Of a DNA stretch of 64,000 nucleotides, positions 24,702 through 38,348 are shown in pieces. The stretch is taken from the NCBI GenBank assembly GCA_964187785.1, contig OZ076409.1, forward strand, positions 11,472,001 to 11,536,000, given 5' to 3'. Within the stretch, counting starts at the first letter, position 1. The number at the start of each line of letters is the position of its first letter. The notes under the pieces are model-generated. The model saw only the letters and a program-made list of their open reading frames with translations. It was not told the origin of the DNA and did no database searches. Position numbers and translations under genes: made by a program. This DNA comes from Amphiscolops sp. MND2022 (taxonomy: Eukaryota).

Positions 24702-27700
24702 GAATGTACGCAATATCAATCAGCAAATGGAAGCAACAACGCGCAGTCCTCGTTACCTTGCCGATGGGCCAAACGAGGTGAAGAAAAACTTCCAGCACTT
24801 TTCGGCAAACAGACTCAGCCCAACCGATTTGATGATCCGACGAGCTAAAAGTTAGTGACCCATCCAAAGCTTCTAACATGAAATACAAAAAAAACATTGC
24901 AAAGCAGAAGGGTCCCCTCTTTTCAATTTTTCGGCATCATGAGACTTTCTCCGCCCACGCTTGGAGAGACTTTTCTTCGAAAATTTATCAGAGTCTTCGA
25001 AGGGCTCCCCCTTAAATTTTTTTGAAATTTTGCAACTGAATGGATGTTGAAAAAGCCCAAAGGGTCCCCCTTATACATTTTTTGCCACTGAGTCTGTTCA
25101 AAATTTTTTTTCGAATTTTTTTAATGCTTTCAAATTTTTTAATGAAATTTTCCCCCTTCAATTTTTTGATACTTTGTAACAAACTGGATTTTCAAAAAGC
25201 CCAAATGGTCTCCGCTTTAACAATTTTATAGCAGTTTTTGAGCCCTTATTATAGCGCCGACTTTAGACGTTCCCGTCTTGTTCTCAATTTCTTGAGCCTT
25301 TTCAACAGGGAATCATATTGAGTATACAGTAATTACAGTAGTAATTAGTTTTCCCATGAAGGTAATTTTTGCATAAGGTAAGTTTTTGCATGAAGGTAAT
25401 AGTTATACGATTAAAAATATCTCGAAAGTTCTTCGTTATGGAAAATTAGGTTTCGTTTCTGTTTACTCAAAATGATCTACCAATGGTCGATCATTTATAA
25501 CAATTATCACAATGGAGAAGTTCCCAAATGATGCAAATACTAAAATTTATGGTTTGTGCGTACAACTCTACGAAATAAATCGAACTCGAAACTTTTTCAG
25601 ATTATTAACTGGCAAAAATATTTCAGCAAGCATCCAAATTTGGTGCGCGTTTATTTCTCCAAATTCATTTCACCCGGCGTTGATTTCACCCACATTTCAA
25701 CGCCTTGTTTACAAGTAGTACAATTCCAATAGGTGATACTTTCGGTTCCGTTTTCGGTTTTGGTAATTAGATTCAAGACGTTTTTAGTCGGCGCATTTTA
25801 GTAGAAAATGTGCCCGACTATTACAGTGGGTAGTTTTTTTTAGACACAAAAGTTCCACTTTTTTGTTCATTTGTTCAACAACCTCAAACCTCACCAACTT
25901 CAAACCTCAACAACTCCAACCTCAGAAGCGCGTCCAAAACGAAAAAAAAACAAAACAGACGTCCACAACCTCGAAAACACACTAAAGATCCCACCTTAGC
26001 CCACTTTTTTCCGCACTTTGCGACTTTTTTTGAAGTTTTTTGGATTGCACCAGAGGGACCCCCTCCCTTTGTTTCGATATTTTGCAACACAATGGATGTC
26101 AAAAAATTGCAATGGGTCCCCCTTTTACATTTTTCGGCACTGTGACACTGTTCAAAAATCTCATTAAAAATTTATTTTTGGGAAATTTTTTCATGTCTCC
26201 AAAGGGTCCCCCCTTCAATTTTTTCCCAGCTGGAGTTTCACAAAGCCCGAAGGGTCCCCCTTTTAAATTTTGAGCCTTAGATATGGCGCCGACTTTGGCC
26301 GTTCTCGGCTTGTTCGTTTTGCGCTAAGATTGTAATTGTGTAGTCATTAATCTGAGATGCAGTTGATGATTAAAATGTTGATGGGTAAATGACACGGGGT
26401 GAAATGACACGGGGTGAAATGACACGGGGTGAAATGATTCTGAGATGAAATGATAGTGAACCTCTAAATTTATTGCATATTGTACAGACTTAATGGTCTG
26501 GTTCCACAATTCAGCAATTACCATGTCGACTTGCTTGAGAAACTTAAGCATGAAAACAAAGTGATCGCGGTGGTTAAGAAGTGGAAATTTAATGTTTTCA
26601 ACATTAATGTTTTCAGCTTCATTTGAAATAGTGGAAGCTGCATTGTAATCCTACACATTTTCTGTTTCCATGTATGCTCCCTGAATTTTCCATGTTTTGT
26701 AAAAAAAACTAGCCAGCATGGTTTCATGCAGCATATAAAAAGTTCAAGCAATCTCGACTAGGGTCTTCAATCTTTTGAGCGAGTACGCTCCAGAATATAT
26801 CGGAAGCGCTGCCCACTAAGCATTGCTATTGATTCATTAGGATACTCAATTCTAGACTGCAAATTTTCCCACTTTCAGCTCTTAAAGAAGCTTCCAAGCT
26901 GAGAGAAGAATCGATAGTGAAGAAAAGCCAGTCTTTGGGACATCAGAACAGAGGGATCACGACGAACGAACTTGTGATAAACCTCCGACAACGGTACCCT
27001 ACTAATCGATTCACTTCCCAAGGTTAAATGCTGGAACTCGAATAATCATGGAAAAACAGTAACATGTCAAGAACTAAGTTTTGGTTACATGAAAACTCAA
27101 ACTCAAAAACCATGGTCATAAACTCGCATCAAAATTACAATTCTCAAAAAAGTGAAATAAGTGCTTTTCAGGGAAAATCAAAAGATTACGTCATGCAAAT
27201 ACTTTTTTGAAAAAAGGGCAATTGAATAGATGGAAATTTTTCAGTGGAAACGTTTGAGAAGTTTCAGAAAAAGAAGGAAAACTGCCACAAATAGCGCTGG
27301 CTTCTCCACGAGTTTCCCTTTCGACCGACAAAATTCCCTCGGTTACGACCCGAAGTGTCACCAGCCGAATGGAGACTATCAAACGAGAGAGTGAAAAGGA
27401 TCTGACCCCTTTGATGAGGTTATTGCGACAACAACTTGCCGAAAGATTCCAAGAAGCTCTTGCCCGAAAATCCATATGCAAATCTTCCCTCAATTCTTTC
27501 GTCTCGATTGATCCCGAAAAGAAGCTACAAGTGGAGCAATCCTTGACGAAGGGAATCTGCAATGACTTTACAACCAAAAGCGCTGAAAACGAGGAACCCA
27601 AAAATGCACTAAGCGAAATCGAAGTTTCCAATGGATTGAGTACTGTTAAAATACAACCTATCAGTCCCGAGAAAGAAAATACGTCACTTTCTCTGACAGG

Positions 27701-28145
27701 AAATGAAAATAATGACGTCATAACCACAATCAGAGTTCGATCTCCAAAACATTTCACAACTTCAGTGACTAAAAGTGAAGACTTTTCAGGCTCTACTCAC
27801 GTCGTGAATTACCAAGTTGAGATAGACGTGAACGAAAAAAAGGACGGAGAAGATGAAAACACAAACACCTACAGTTTTATCTCGGAAAACGAAACGTCAC
27901 AAGAAGACGAAAAACCAAAGCTGAGGAAAAAGAGTTCGGGGTCCTCTGATCCTGTCGGAATTTTAAGAAGTCCAACCAACTTTGACCTCAAAATGGCCTC
28001 TCAACGAAGTGTAAGCTTCGCTTTGGATTTGGAGCATATCAGGGTTATGTCACCGCGACCTAGCTTCAGTTATGACCTTCAGGTCAAATCAACCAGCAGT
28101 GGCGCGAAGTCAAAAAGGCGTAGTAGCTCCAAGCTAACCAAATAA
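24702..28145 (+). CDS. 3' exons of an unknown gene (24702-24850, 26879-27022, 27268-28145); Ser/Thr/Lys-rich C-terminus with SILK-like and RVxF motifs
   Basis: Three open segments with TTCAG acceptors and GT donors join in matching phase (1,1) into the 258-aa ORF ending TAA at 28145. GILR...RSVSF lies near the C-terminus. Confidence 0.65.
24895..25282 (+). mobile_element. HINE family A partial copy
   Basis: AAGGGTCCCCC repeats. 3' end GCGCCGACTTTAGACGTTCCCGTCTTGTT. Confidence 0.65.
25781..26314 (+). mobile_element. HINE family A copy, complete
   Basis: 5' TTTTTAGTCGGCGC with adjacent inverted CCGACT. 3' GCGCCGACTTTGGCCGTTCTCGGCTTGTT. Confidence 0.75.
26385..26436. repeat. 15-bp minisatellite (GTGAAATGACACGGG)x3
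   Basis: Direct reading. An inverted degenerate counterpart (ATTTCACCC) lies at ~25665-25700. Confidence 0.75.
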
Positions 28146-28823
28146 TAAATGATTCGCACACCCACTAACTTATGATTAACAATATCCACAAGTATGCAGT
28201 ATTTAGAGTATTTGAAGACTAGCCACCAACTGATATTAAAATGAAAGTTTAGTTCCTTGTTTTTATCGTGAACCAGAGACGATTAATTTGGCAAATATCC
28301 ATTACGCGCTTGCAAAAGTAGAACTACGAATAATACGAATGTGCGGTGGTTCTTGAATGGCAGCAAAGCCAGGTAGTCTTAGATCATACGCCCGCGGGGC
28401 ACCGGGGTATTTTCCACCGTTGATTGTTTAGCTACAGAATGTTTTTAGGGCTCGAAAGTAGCCAAGACATTGTCATTCAAATTTGAAAAAAAATTCGAGC
28501 AATTTGACCATTTTTTCGCTACTTTTGATTAATTTTAGAATTTTTTCTCTATATAAAAAATATGCTACGTAGGTCAAAAATTGTCCGAAGTTGTATAACG
28601 CTCAAAAAATTCGCTTCTTTCTGTGAGTATTTCAAATAATTTTTTTAAGAGCTTTTTACCCAAAATGCCCACAAATACATTGTTAGAATTCACCAGAGAA
28701 CCGCAGTTTTAATGTTCAGTGTCGACACGTAGAACCTTCGTTGAGGTGGAAAACTCGCCTCTGCTGGTTGTTTCTTCGTTTCATTGTTATCTGACGCCCT
28801 TCATGACTTCTAACTAAGATATA

Positions 28824-29001
28824 CAGTAAACCCTCAATTATCCGCCACCATCGGTCCAGCGCGGATTATGGCGGATAAGCGAGAGTGGCGGTTAATCAAG
28901 GGAGCTTAGACACGGGTGTTATAGCAAAATGTCCCCGTAGATTTGTGGCGGTTGACCAAAGGTGGCGGATAATCGAGTGGCGGATAATCAAGGGTTTACT
29001 G
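28824..29001. mobile_element. Tc1/mariner-pogo-type MITE
   Basis: TA|CAGTAAACCCT...AGGGTTTACTG|TA with internal GGCGGATAA repeats. Confidence 0.85.
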
Positions 29002-29306
29002 TATTTGCGCGACTGAGCAACTGATTGATTTTTGTATCTCTAAGAAGAGTTCTTCCTTCAAAGACCTTTACAGATCTTATTTCTCACCCTCATTCCTAAA
29101 GATTTTTTAGAACGACGGGACTTTCAAGTGACTACTTTCTTGCCGGCTTCTAACACTTTTAGATAGTCAATAGTATTTATTTAACTAGCTGCTCTGGTTG
29201 TTGCCATGTTGACAATATTGAAGAAAAGGCTTTCCGTTAGAACGACCGATACAGTTGTTCAATCAAGTTCAATCAAAAACTTCAGTGAAGTTCTAGCAGA
29301 TGCCAA

Positions 29307-30110
29307 CCCAGTGTTCGAAGGGATGGAACGCTGTCCATGACCATAGTTAATCTTGCTAAATCATGGTTAACCCTTGTACCCTTGTCAAGATCATGGCAAA
29401 TCATGATACATGGAACGCCTGTCAAGATCATGACAAGATTTTGACAAGATAACCATGGTTCGTCATTGTTCTTACCAAGGATATCATGTCAAAAATTCGA
29501 TTGAACCATTTTCCGTTATTGACCGTGTCCCTTGTTGGAAGGCCTGTCTATGAAAGCGTGGAGACCGGGAATAACATCTATATGCAATCGGGAATGACGT
29601 CAAAAGCGGCGAGCGGGAATAACGTCTAAGGAATTATATCTAAATGAAAAACGAGAATAACGTCTAAAGCGGTGTATTTTTGTTTGTTTTTGAATCCAAA
29701 AACTAGATATTATGGTCTCATCATTTTCATAATCCATAGATTCTAATGTATCTAAATACAGGTCTCAATGGTTTCCCATTTCACGCAGTTTTGCTTGTTT
29801 TATTTTTTTGTTATTTTCGAGATCCGAAGAAGGCCACGTTCTCGTCGTGGGTCTCGTCAAGTGCGATACTATGTATCTCACGAGGTGAGTGCCTCGCTAG
29901 AAATACAGCATATAGACTTAGGCAAGCAATTTCTGTGAACTATACGCACAGGTGGCTGCCATGTCCGACATTTTTAATTTTTTCTCTTGATCCATTTTCA
30001 AGAACGTGGTAAATCTCGGCATCCTTGCCAAGATCATAGCAAGACCTTTGCAAGGCTAGCAAGGAACTTGCCATGGATCTTGACAAGGATACCAAGGCTC
30101 CGAACACTGG
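29307..30110. mobile_element. CMC/EnSpm-like MITE
   Basis: TIRs CCAGTGTTCG / CGAACACTGG, with CAAGATC subterminal repeats like 15106-16112. Confidence 0.6.
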
Positions 30111-30483
30111 AAACATACCATTTGGTAGCATTTTCATGAGAAGTTTCGGTGGATTCCCAAATAGCATAAGAGCAAAAACCATGGAAATGAATTTAGCTTA
30201 ACGAAACATGTACAGTAATTTCTCACAACGGAAACAAATTTGACTGACCAGAGCTCATCATTGCACATGTTGGTTCAAGTTACTATAACGAAATTCTGGC
30301 CGTGATCGGAAAATAGCAACGACTACCTACATCTAGTGTCCTAAATGCAGGAGCGAAGAGAAGCGACGTGCAACTAGCGGTACAAAGATTGTGTTTGACA
30401 AAGGTTGACCTGTATTCTCCCCGGAAAGAAAAAGGCCAAATCATACAACCACTTTTACTGTGAAATAATAAATTTATGATTAA

Positions 30484-30977
30484 CCCTGAATGGACCAGGA
30501 AACTTCCGGATCCATCTAAAAATCTGGTGCTTGAACTTTGAAGAGCAATATCCCCTAGACTATTCAAGTCCGACAAACAATTTATAGCGCGTTTGAAAGA
30601 GGAGAACCAGGGCTTTCAAATCGATTTTTGAACTGCTGGGGGCTTGGCCTCACTGGCTCGACTTTGCGCCAAAATTTGCACGCCTCATGTCTCTAACTGC
30701 ATTTTAGCATGTTTGAAAACATGATAGGTCCACTTTAATCAATTTTGATACTAGTGGGATAAAATGGTCACAAACGAAAACTGGAAAAATGGAAAATCTG
30801 CGCTCATTTTTTGAATTTTTGGTCACGAGATTTTGTCATTACTCCGTGAAGTCATGCAATCCTATGTAATATCGTCTGAAAACCTTAAAGCGTTTTCTTT
30901 ACCATACGGTCAGCTGGCGCGTTTAGAAGTTTGCAGAAACTAAATGGTACGAAATTGTACCATTGGTCCATTTAAGG
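30484..30977. mobile_element. piggyBac-like MITE, diverged copy
   Basis: TTAA|CCCTGAATGGACCA...TGGTCCATTTAAGG. Homologous along its length to 52373-52961. Confidence 0.7.
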
Positions 30978-31781
30978 TCAGGTCATGAGAATTTTCTACA
31001 GAACGCGAAAACGGTTTTTGACTGCACACGGTGTTTTTGAGCTCCTGATGAAATGTTGCTTAGAATCCTTAGCGTTCCCCCATGCGTTTACCCAAACAAT
31101 TACAATACATCGCATCATCACTGCGTCGATTCAGATTGAACTGATTGTTGAAATCTCGTGATGACAGTTAGTCAATTCAGCAATTTTAAAACCCGTGTCG
31201 AGTGTTATCTTTTGTAAACTAACCATAGGTGTCAGTGAAGACATTGGAAAGAGACGTCCGCTGATGAGCACCAGGATATTTACCGTTCTGAACTATCTCA
31301 GCAGCTAAATTCATTCAACGATCGAACGTTGCAATAGACTTACCCCAACAAAAACTTTTGAAACAATCAATACTTGCTCAGAATGCGGGCATTTTTCAAA
31401 ACTTCATTCGCAAAAAATGCAACCAACGAGCGAATTGTTGAACTATGTAGGTACTCATGGCAACGGAAACATTCTAAATTTGTAGAAAACTAGAACAAAT
31501 ATCACTGGATTTGGAATAAAGTGTAAAATACCCATTTTAGCATTTTTATTACAATCATCTATTCCATAAAAACATATGCTACTAGAGTTTTAATCCATAA
31601 CATTTGCTACGAACCTATTTCGTTCTCCGATAGTTTCTACCAAAAAATTACGTTTACGAGTACAAATAGCTCTTTTCAGACAAAAAAGCTTCCTAAAAAG
31701 CGATCGTAATAAATTAATTTATATGCTATTTTTAGTTGAAAATCAGCAATATTAACTCTGTGGAAACAAGTCACATAGAAA

Positions 31782-32220
31782 CAGGGTTGGCCAAAATAAA
31801 ACATGGATGTTTAAAAACACGTTTCAAAACAGTTTTAAAACACTGTTTTATTTTGAATAAAACACAATCCCATCAAAGGTTTTATATTTTATTTAGATGT
31901 AATTGTTGTAGACAGACAAGTAGGCGTCTAAAATGAGCAAAATAATGAAATGTCAAGTGAAAATGAAAATCTATCTCGAAGGATAACTGAAATTGGCACT
32001 CGAAATGGCATGTCTAGTCCATCCACTCTGATCTTCGCAGCAGGCTTGGAGTTCAGAAAGTTGAAAAACTTACTTTTGTGATGCGATATTTGAATGATAT
32101 TGAATAAGATCATTCTTTCAAGCTTGTTTTTCTGCCTTTGTCCGAGGGAATTTTAAACATGTTTTTTTAAAACGTTTGTTTTGTTTAGAATTAATTTAAA
32201 ACATAGAATGGCCAACCCTG
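31782..32220 (+). mobile_element. hAT internal-deletion derivative
   Basis: TIR CAGGGTTGGCCA and perfect 8-bp TSD CATAGAAA. Retains a hAT C-terminal dimerisation-like peptide VIHSDLRSRLGVQKVEKLTFVMRYLN (~32008-32109). Confidence 0.88.
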
Positions 32221-34044
32221 CATAGAAAAGGTTAAAAAAACACAAAGAAACGTTAATTTTTAAATTTTTCCAGTTTCAAGGGAAGTCGTTTTGAAAACTA
32301 TTTTTGATAAAACGAAGAAATGTTTTCAGATATGGCATGTTTATCTGAAAATAATCAATTTCCATTTATTGTGAGAATTTAGGAGCTTTTTTGTGGAAAG
32401 TAATGGTATTCGGAAAAAAGCGAATTGCTATGAAAAAGCAACCTAAAAGCGACCAAGAGATACATTACTTTAAAGCGACCCAAGAGGTCACCCTGGCATA
32501 ACCTACGCAATCGTCCAATCTCCAATGTTGGTGCTATGGTACTCATGTTATTGTAATGGCAATTGCAAAACTTCATGCATTAGCTTCAACAAACATTGGA
32601 CTTGAAAAAACTCAAAAATAGTTAAAATGCATGAGGAAAGAAGTTCAATTTTCCTCAACCCAATCTATGTCTCCAAAATTGTCCTCTAAACTTCGAGGTG
32701 CAAGTGAAAGGAATTCCAATTCGACAGATATAGAGCAGTCTCAACAATCTCTGCAATTTGTATAGTTTTGTTCAAACAGCAAAGCGTAAGTCAGTTATGT
32801 AATGTCACAGTTTCATGAACGCCAGGAATACCAGTTAGTAATGATTTCAAACAGTCGGAGCCACGTAGAAAGGTTTGTCTTTCGTAGGTAGCGCGAAGAC
32901 AAATAAGTTGCATGCGGGAAATTCATTCCAGCCATGGTTTTATATTATATTCAATCCTGGATTCTTCGACCGTTGCTACTACCTTCGAATGAAGATCAAG
33001 CAAGCATGTCGAATTATACGCTTGCTTCTCCAAAAACAAAAGCCAAAGCGTGGCGCAGTTGACTTCCAACGATCCAATAACAACCTCTAAGTTTATATCT
33101 ACAATGAAAGTAAAATATTGATAAAGGTAAATTCACTCCTCTCCATGTAAAACTAAGCAGACATTCGAAACATCAAACAACAAACTTTCAGTCCAATCGG
33201 ATTCAAATTTACAGTTTAGAAATTCAGTGCAATTAGAGAAGACACTGCTGTGAAATTGTCAGTCAATAATTCCAATTGCGTCAAAGATTTTGCGCAAAGC
33301 GACTACGTAGGTTGTTGTAGAAACGCAGTCACCACATAGCTCTCGTGTAGCCTGACATGGCGCCTTTGTCCGCAATTTCCCGCCACATGATTCGACTGAA
33401 AAACCAAGGCTGGGGGCAGGTCTTTTCTGGTCCCTGTCTTCTGGAAGTGAGTCGACATCTATTCATTACACGCATCTCATGAACATCCAGGGGCATACTT
33501 TTGACTTCGTCGTGAAAAACTTTTCTAAAATGTTACACTAATTGTTAAGACTAGGTGTCAATGTCGGACCGTGTTTCTATCCCCTCCAAGTGTCTCATCT
33601 CGAAACTTCAAATACCATTATTGCGACATCGTTTGCGCAGAAATTTCTGTCCAATAAAATAATTGATGTCGACATAATTCTATCTTTTACATTGATTCAC
33701 ACAGTTTAAAGTTGCAGATTTTTAATAGTGGTCGTGAAACTTTGCTTCAAAATAGGGGCTTTCATATAAATTTAAACTTGTTGCAGGGGTGAATTTTTTA
33801 TTTTTTTCTGTCAGAAAAACATCAAAAAGTCCGGATAAGTTTTTGCAACAAGTGTCGAAACAACTCATCGAGTGTCGAGACAATCATCCAAGTATTAATA
33901 GCCATATCAATTTGTTTTATTGGCCCAAGAAGTCTTTTCAAGCATTAAAAAAATTGTTTCTGTGTTGGGGGGGGATAAGAAACAAGGTGTACCAGGAGGA
34001 AACAGGAAACATGGTCCTCAATATCAATTGAGATATAAACTCGA

Positions 34045-37000
34045 CATTGCTCTTTAAATTTTGAAATAATTAGTTGTGAGTGCACAAATTGGTTGAAATC
34101 ACACATGATATTCTGGTCTCCCTACTTCCCGAAGGTCCAGTCCCAAGTTACTTCTGACGAGTGAAATCGTCAACCACCCTTATAATTGGCACCCCCTAAC
34201 TATGATCGAATTTGGCATCGATTGACCCAATGTAACTCTATAAACTCCCTCTTAATGACACTCATGTATTGCCTCAAACTATTATCCCATCAGGTGGTAG
34301 GTTGTATAGCCGAACGAGCTTCAACACGAAAGAACTTAAAGCCGAAACTCGACAGCCGACATCTACAATTACGTAATCAATCCCAGTGGTGAGCAAAATT
34401 GAAAATGTATGTATTCGGAATAGAGCCACGCTTTGGTAGCCGTTCGTATAACAATTGCTCATTTCGTCGACCAATCATATCTGAGATCTTTATATTCGTT
34501 CTTGTTAAATCTCGTGGGTCATACGAACGGCTACCATTCCGTCAGACTCATTCAGTGCCCAAGGCGAATAGCGACATTATCGATGATTCCAACATATCAA
34601 TGTGAACATAAAGTTTTATTCTCCCTATTCTAAATAACATAACAGGACCGTGATTGAAAAAATAAAACATAAAAGAGATCAGGTGTCAAAACGCTGCAAG
34701 CTGCAGAGCCTCCTTACAGTGTCAGTAACGGTCGCATAAAAACATTCTGAAAGCATCGGCAAGTGGACTAGGTAGGCGTGTTCAATAAATAATTATGGGT
34801 AAAAAAATATGATAAATAAAATCAATTTATTTTTACACTCGAATGAATAAAAATTATTTTGGGACCTATTAAAAATGATTCTTGAGATAACTAAAACTAA
34901 GAGCGTTTAATTTAACATATCATCAGCCAATTAATTTCGAGAATTGTTAACGATATTGAAAACGTGTCATAGATCACCGCCCAGCGAACTTTGAGTCGAA
35001 AATTTTTTTGATGGCTAATATTAAACACCCCTGGGGGCTAGGATTTATAAACCAGAGCCGCATATGCGGTAAAGGAGTCGGCTTAAGTCTTTTTCCTTCT
35101 GACTCGCTTTCGTTCGAATCGTATGAACAGTTTGTGAGAAAATCGAAAAAATCGAAAAATGACTTTTTTTTGGCCATTTTTGGGCTAAATTTGGCTATGT
35201 TTCTCACATCCCAGCCATACGAATTTAATGAAATTGCACATATAGGACTCTAATATGGTGTAGAATAACTGTAGAAAATTTCGTTCGAATCGTATGGACA
35301 GTTTTTGAGAAAATCGAAAAAAGTCGAAAAATGGCTGTTTTTTGGCCATTTTTGGGCTAATTTTGGCTATGTTTCTCACATCCCAGCCATACGATTTTGA
35401 TGCCATTGCACATATAGGACTCTAATATGGTGTAGAATAACTGTAGAAAATTTCGTTCGAATCGTATGAACAGTTTGAGAAAATCGAAAAAATCGAAAAA
35501 TGACTTTTTTTTGGCCATTTTTGGGCTAAATTTGGCTGTTTCTCACATCCCAGCCATACGAATTTAATGAAATTGCACATATAGGACTCTAATATGGTGT
35601 AGAATAACTGTAGAAAATTTCGTTCGAATCGTATGAACAGTTTTTGAGAAAATCGAAAAAAGTCGAAAAATGGCTGTTTTTTGGCCATTTTTGGGCTAAT
35701 TTTGGCTATGTTTCTCACATCCCAGCCATACGATTTTGATGTCATTGCACATATAGGACTCTTAGATGGTGTAGAATAACTGTAGAAAATTTCGTTCGAA
35801 TCGTATGGACAGTTTTTGAGAAAATCGAAAAAAGTCGAAAAATGGCTGTTTTTTGGTCATTTTTGGGCTAATTTTGGCTATGTTTCTCACATCCAGGCCA
35901 TTGCTCTTTAAATTTTGAAATAATTAGTTGTGAGTGCACAAATTGGTTGAAATCACACATGATATTCTGGTCTCCCTACTTCCCGAAGGTCCAGTCCCAA
36001 GTTACTTCTGACGAGTGAAATCGTCAACCACCCTTATAATTGGCACCCCCTAACTATGATCGAATTTGGCATCGATTGACCCAATGTAACTCTATAAACT
36101 CCCTCTTAATGACACTCATGTATTGCCTCAAACTATTATCCCATCAGGTGGTAGGTTGTATAGCCGAACGAGCTTCAACACGAAAGAACTTAAAGCCGAA
36201 ACTCGACAGCCGACATCTACAATTACGTAATCAATCCCAGTGGTGAGCAAAATTGAAAATGTATGTATTCGGAATAGAGCCACGCTTTGGTAGCCGTTCG
36301 TATAACAATTGCTCATTTCGTCGACCAATCATATCTGAGATCTTTATATTCGTTCTTGTTAAATCTCGTGGGTCATACGAACGGCTACCATTCCGTCAGA
36401 CTCATTCAGTGCCCAAGGCGAATAGCGACATTATCGATGATTCCAACATATCAATGTGAACATAAAGTTTTATTCTCCCTATTCTAAATAACATAACAGG
36501 ACCGTGATTGAAAAAATAAAACATAAAAGAGATCAGGTGTCAAAACGCTGCAAGCTGCAGAGCCTCCTTACAGTGTCAGTAACGGTCGCATAAAAACATT
36601 CTGAAAGCATCGGCAAGTGGACTAGGTAGGCGTGTTCAATAAATAATTATGGGTAAAAAAATATGATAAATAAAATCAATTTATTTTTACACTCGAATGA
36701 ATAAAAATTATTTTTGGGACCTATTAAAAATGATTCTTGAGATAACTAAAACTAAGAGCGTTTAATTTAACATATCATCAGCCAATTAATTTCGAGAATT
36801 GTTAACGATATTGAAAACGTGTCATAGATCACCGCCCAGCGAACTTTGAGTCGAAAATTTTTTTGATGGCTAATATTAAACACCCCTGGGGGCTAGGATT
36901 TATAAACCAGAGTCGCATATGCGGTAAAGGAGTCGGCTTAAGTCTTTCCTTCTGACTCGCTTTCGTTCGAATCGTATGAACAGTTTGTGAGAAAATCGAA

Positions 37001-37754
37001 AAAATCGAAAAATGACTTTTTTTTGGCCATTTTTGGGCTAAATTTGGCTATGTTTCTCACATCCCAGCCATACGAATTTAATGAAATTGCACATATAGGA
37101 CTCTAATATGGTGTAGAATAACTGTAGAAAATTTCGTTCGAATCGTATGGACAGTTTTTGAGAAAATCGAAAAAAGTCGAAAAATGGCTGTTTTTTGGCC
37201 ATTTTTGGGCTAATTTTGGCTATGTTTCTCACATCCCAGCCATACGATTTTGATGCCATTGCACATATAGGACTCTAATATGGTGTAGAATAACTGTAGA
37301 AAATTTCGTTCGAATCGTATGAACAGTTTGAGAAAATCGAAAAAATCGAAAAATGACTTTTTTTTGGCCATTTTTGGGCTAAATTTGGCTGTTTCTCACA
37401 TCCCAGCCATACGAATTTAATGAAATTGCACATATAGGACTCTAATATGGTGTAGAATAACTGTAGAAAATTTCGTTCGAATCGTATGGACAGTTTTTGA
37501 GAAAATCGAAAAAAGTCGAAAAATGGCTGTTTTTTGGCCATTTTTGGGCTAATTTTGGCTATGTTTCTCACATCCCAGCCATACGATTTTGATGTCATTG
37601 CACATATAGGACTCTAAGATGGTGTAGAATAACTGTAGAAAATTTCGTTCGAATCGTATGGACAGTTTTTGAGAAAATCGAAAAAAGTCGAAAAATGGCT
37701 GTTTTTTGGTCATTTTTGGGCTAATTTTGGCTATGTTTCTCACATCCAGGCCAT
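34045..37754. repeat. Near-identical tandem duplication, ~1854-bp unit
   Basis: 34045-35901 is repeated at 35899-37754. Identical ORF translations at offset 1854, with CAT microhomology at the junction. Confidence 0.95.
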
Positions 37755-37933
37755 ACGATTTTGATGCCTTTGCACACGCAGGGGCCCCTTTGGGTGTAGA
37801 ATGACTGTGCAAAATTTCGTGAAAATCGTATGGACAGTTTTTGAGAAATTTGAAATTTTCATGAAAAGGTCGGGAGAAAAAAAAACAGCACGATTGCATA
37901 AGTAGTCGAAAATTTTTTCCGACTCCTAAAAAA
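36904..37933 (-). mobile_element. HINE-like family B with central ~170-bp satellite array (truncated copy at 35049-35901)
   Basis: Hairpin CGCATATGCG plus subTIR AGGAGTCGG at left. AGTCG-AAAATTTTTTC-CGACTCCT-AAAAA at right. About 5 tandem 167-172-bp units between. Confidence 0.7.
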
Positions 37934-37998
37934 GATCTCCGTATCTCGATTTTATTGATCGTCCAAAGAACGATGTGAACAAAATTCGAAAAATTTAC

Positions 37999-38348
37999 CT
38001 GAACTCGGCAGGGAGAATTCCTTTGGCCTTAACGATACTCATGAGTACGCGTTTCTTCTCGGCGTTCTGGGCTACAGTTTGACGTCTTTTGTGGTCACGC
38101 TTCATTCTGTGGTCAGTGAAGTAGAGAAGGGTCCTAGATGCAGTCACTGATTGGAACTCCTTCGGTAGAGTTTCATTGAGGACACGGTTCAAAGCAGGTG
38201 AGCTTCTGTGGAAAATATTCATCTCTGATGGCTTCTGTTTTGAATCATTAATCTGAAATTCGTCAATTTTCGGACTCGAAGATATTATAAAATGGGCTGA
38301 AGACTCTACCCATAATGATGTGATTTTATAGGAGCGCAGTCGGGCCAT
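37999..38348 (-). CDS. Possible first coding exon of an unknown gene
   Basis: ORF MARLRSYK...LPAEF ends at the donor CAG|GTAAAT. No recognisable domain; downstream exons not found. Confidence 0.3.

Noticed and set aside
35108..37860. Regular repeats as a CRISPR array
   Set aside because: Units are contiguous ~170-bp tandem repeats without unique spacers. There are no cas genes and the context is eukaryotic.
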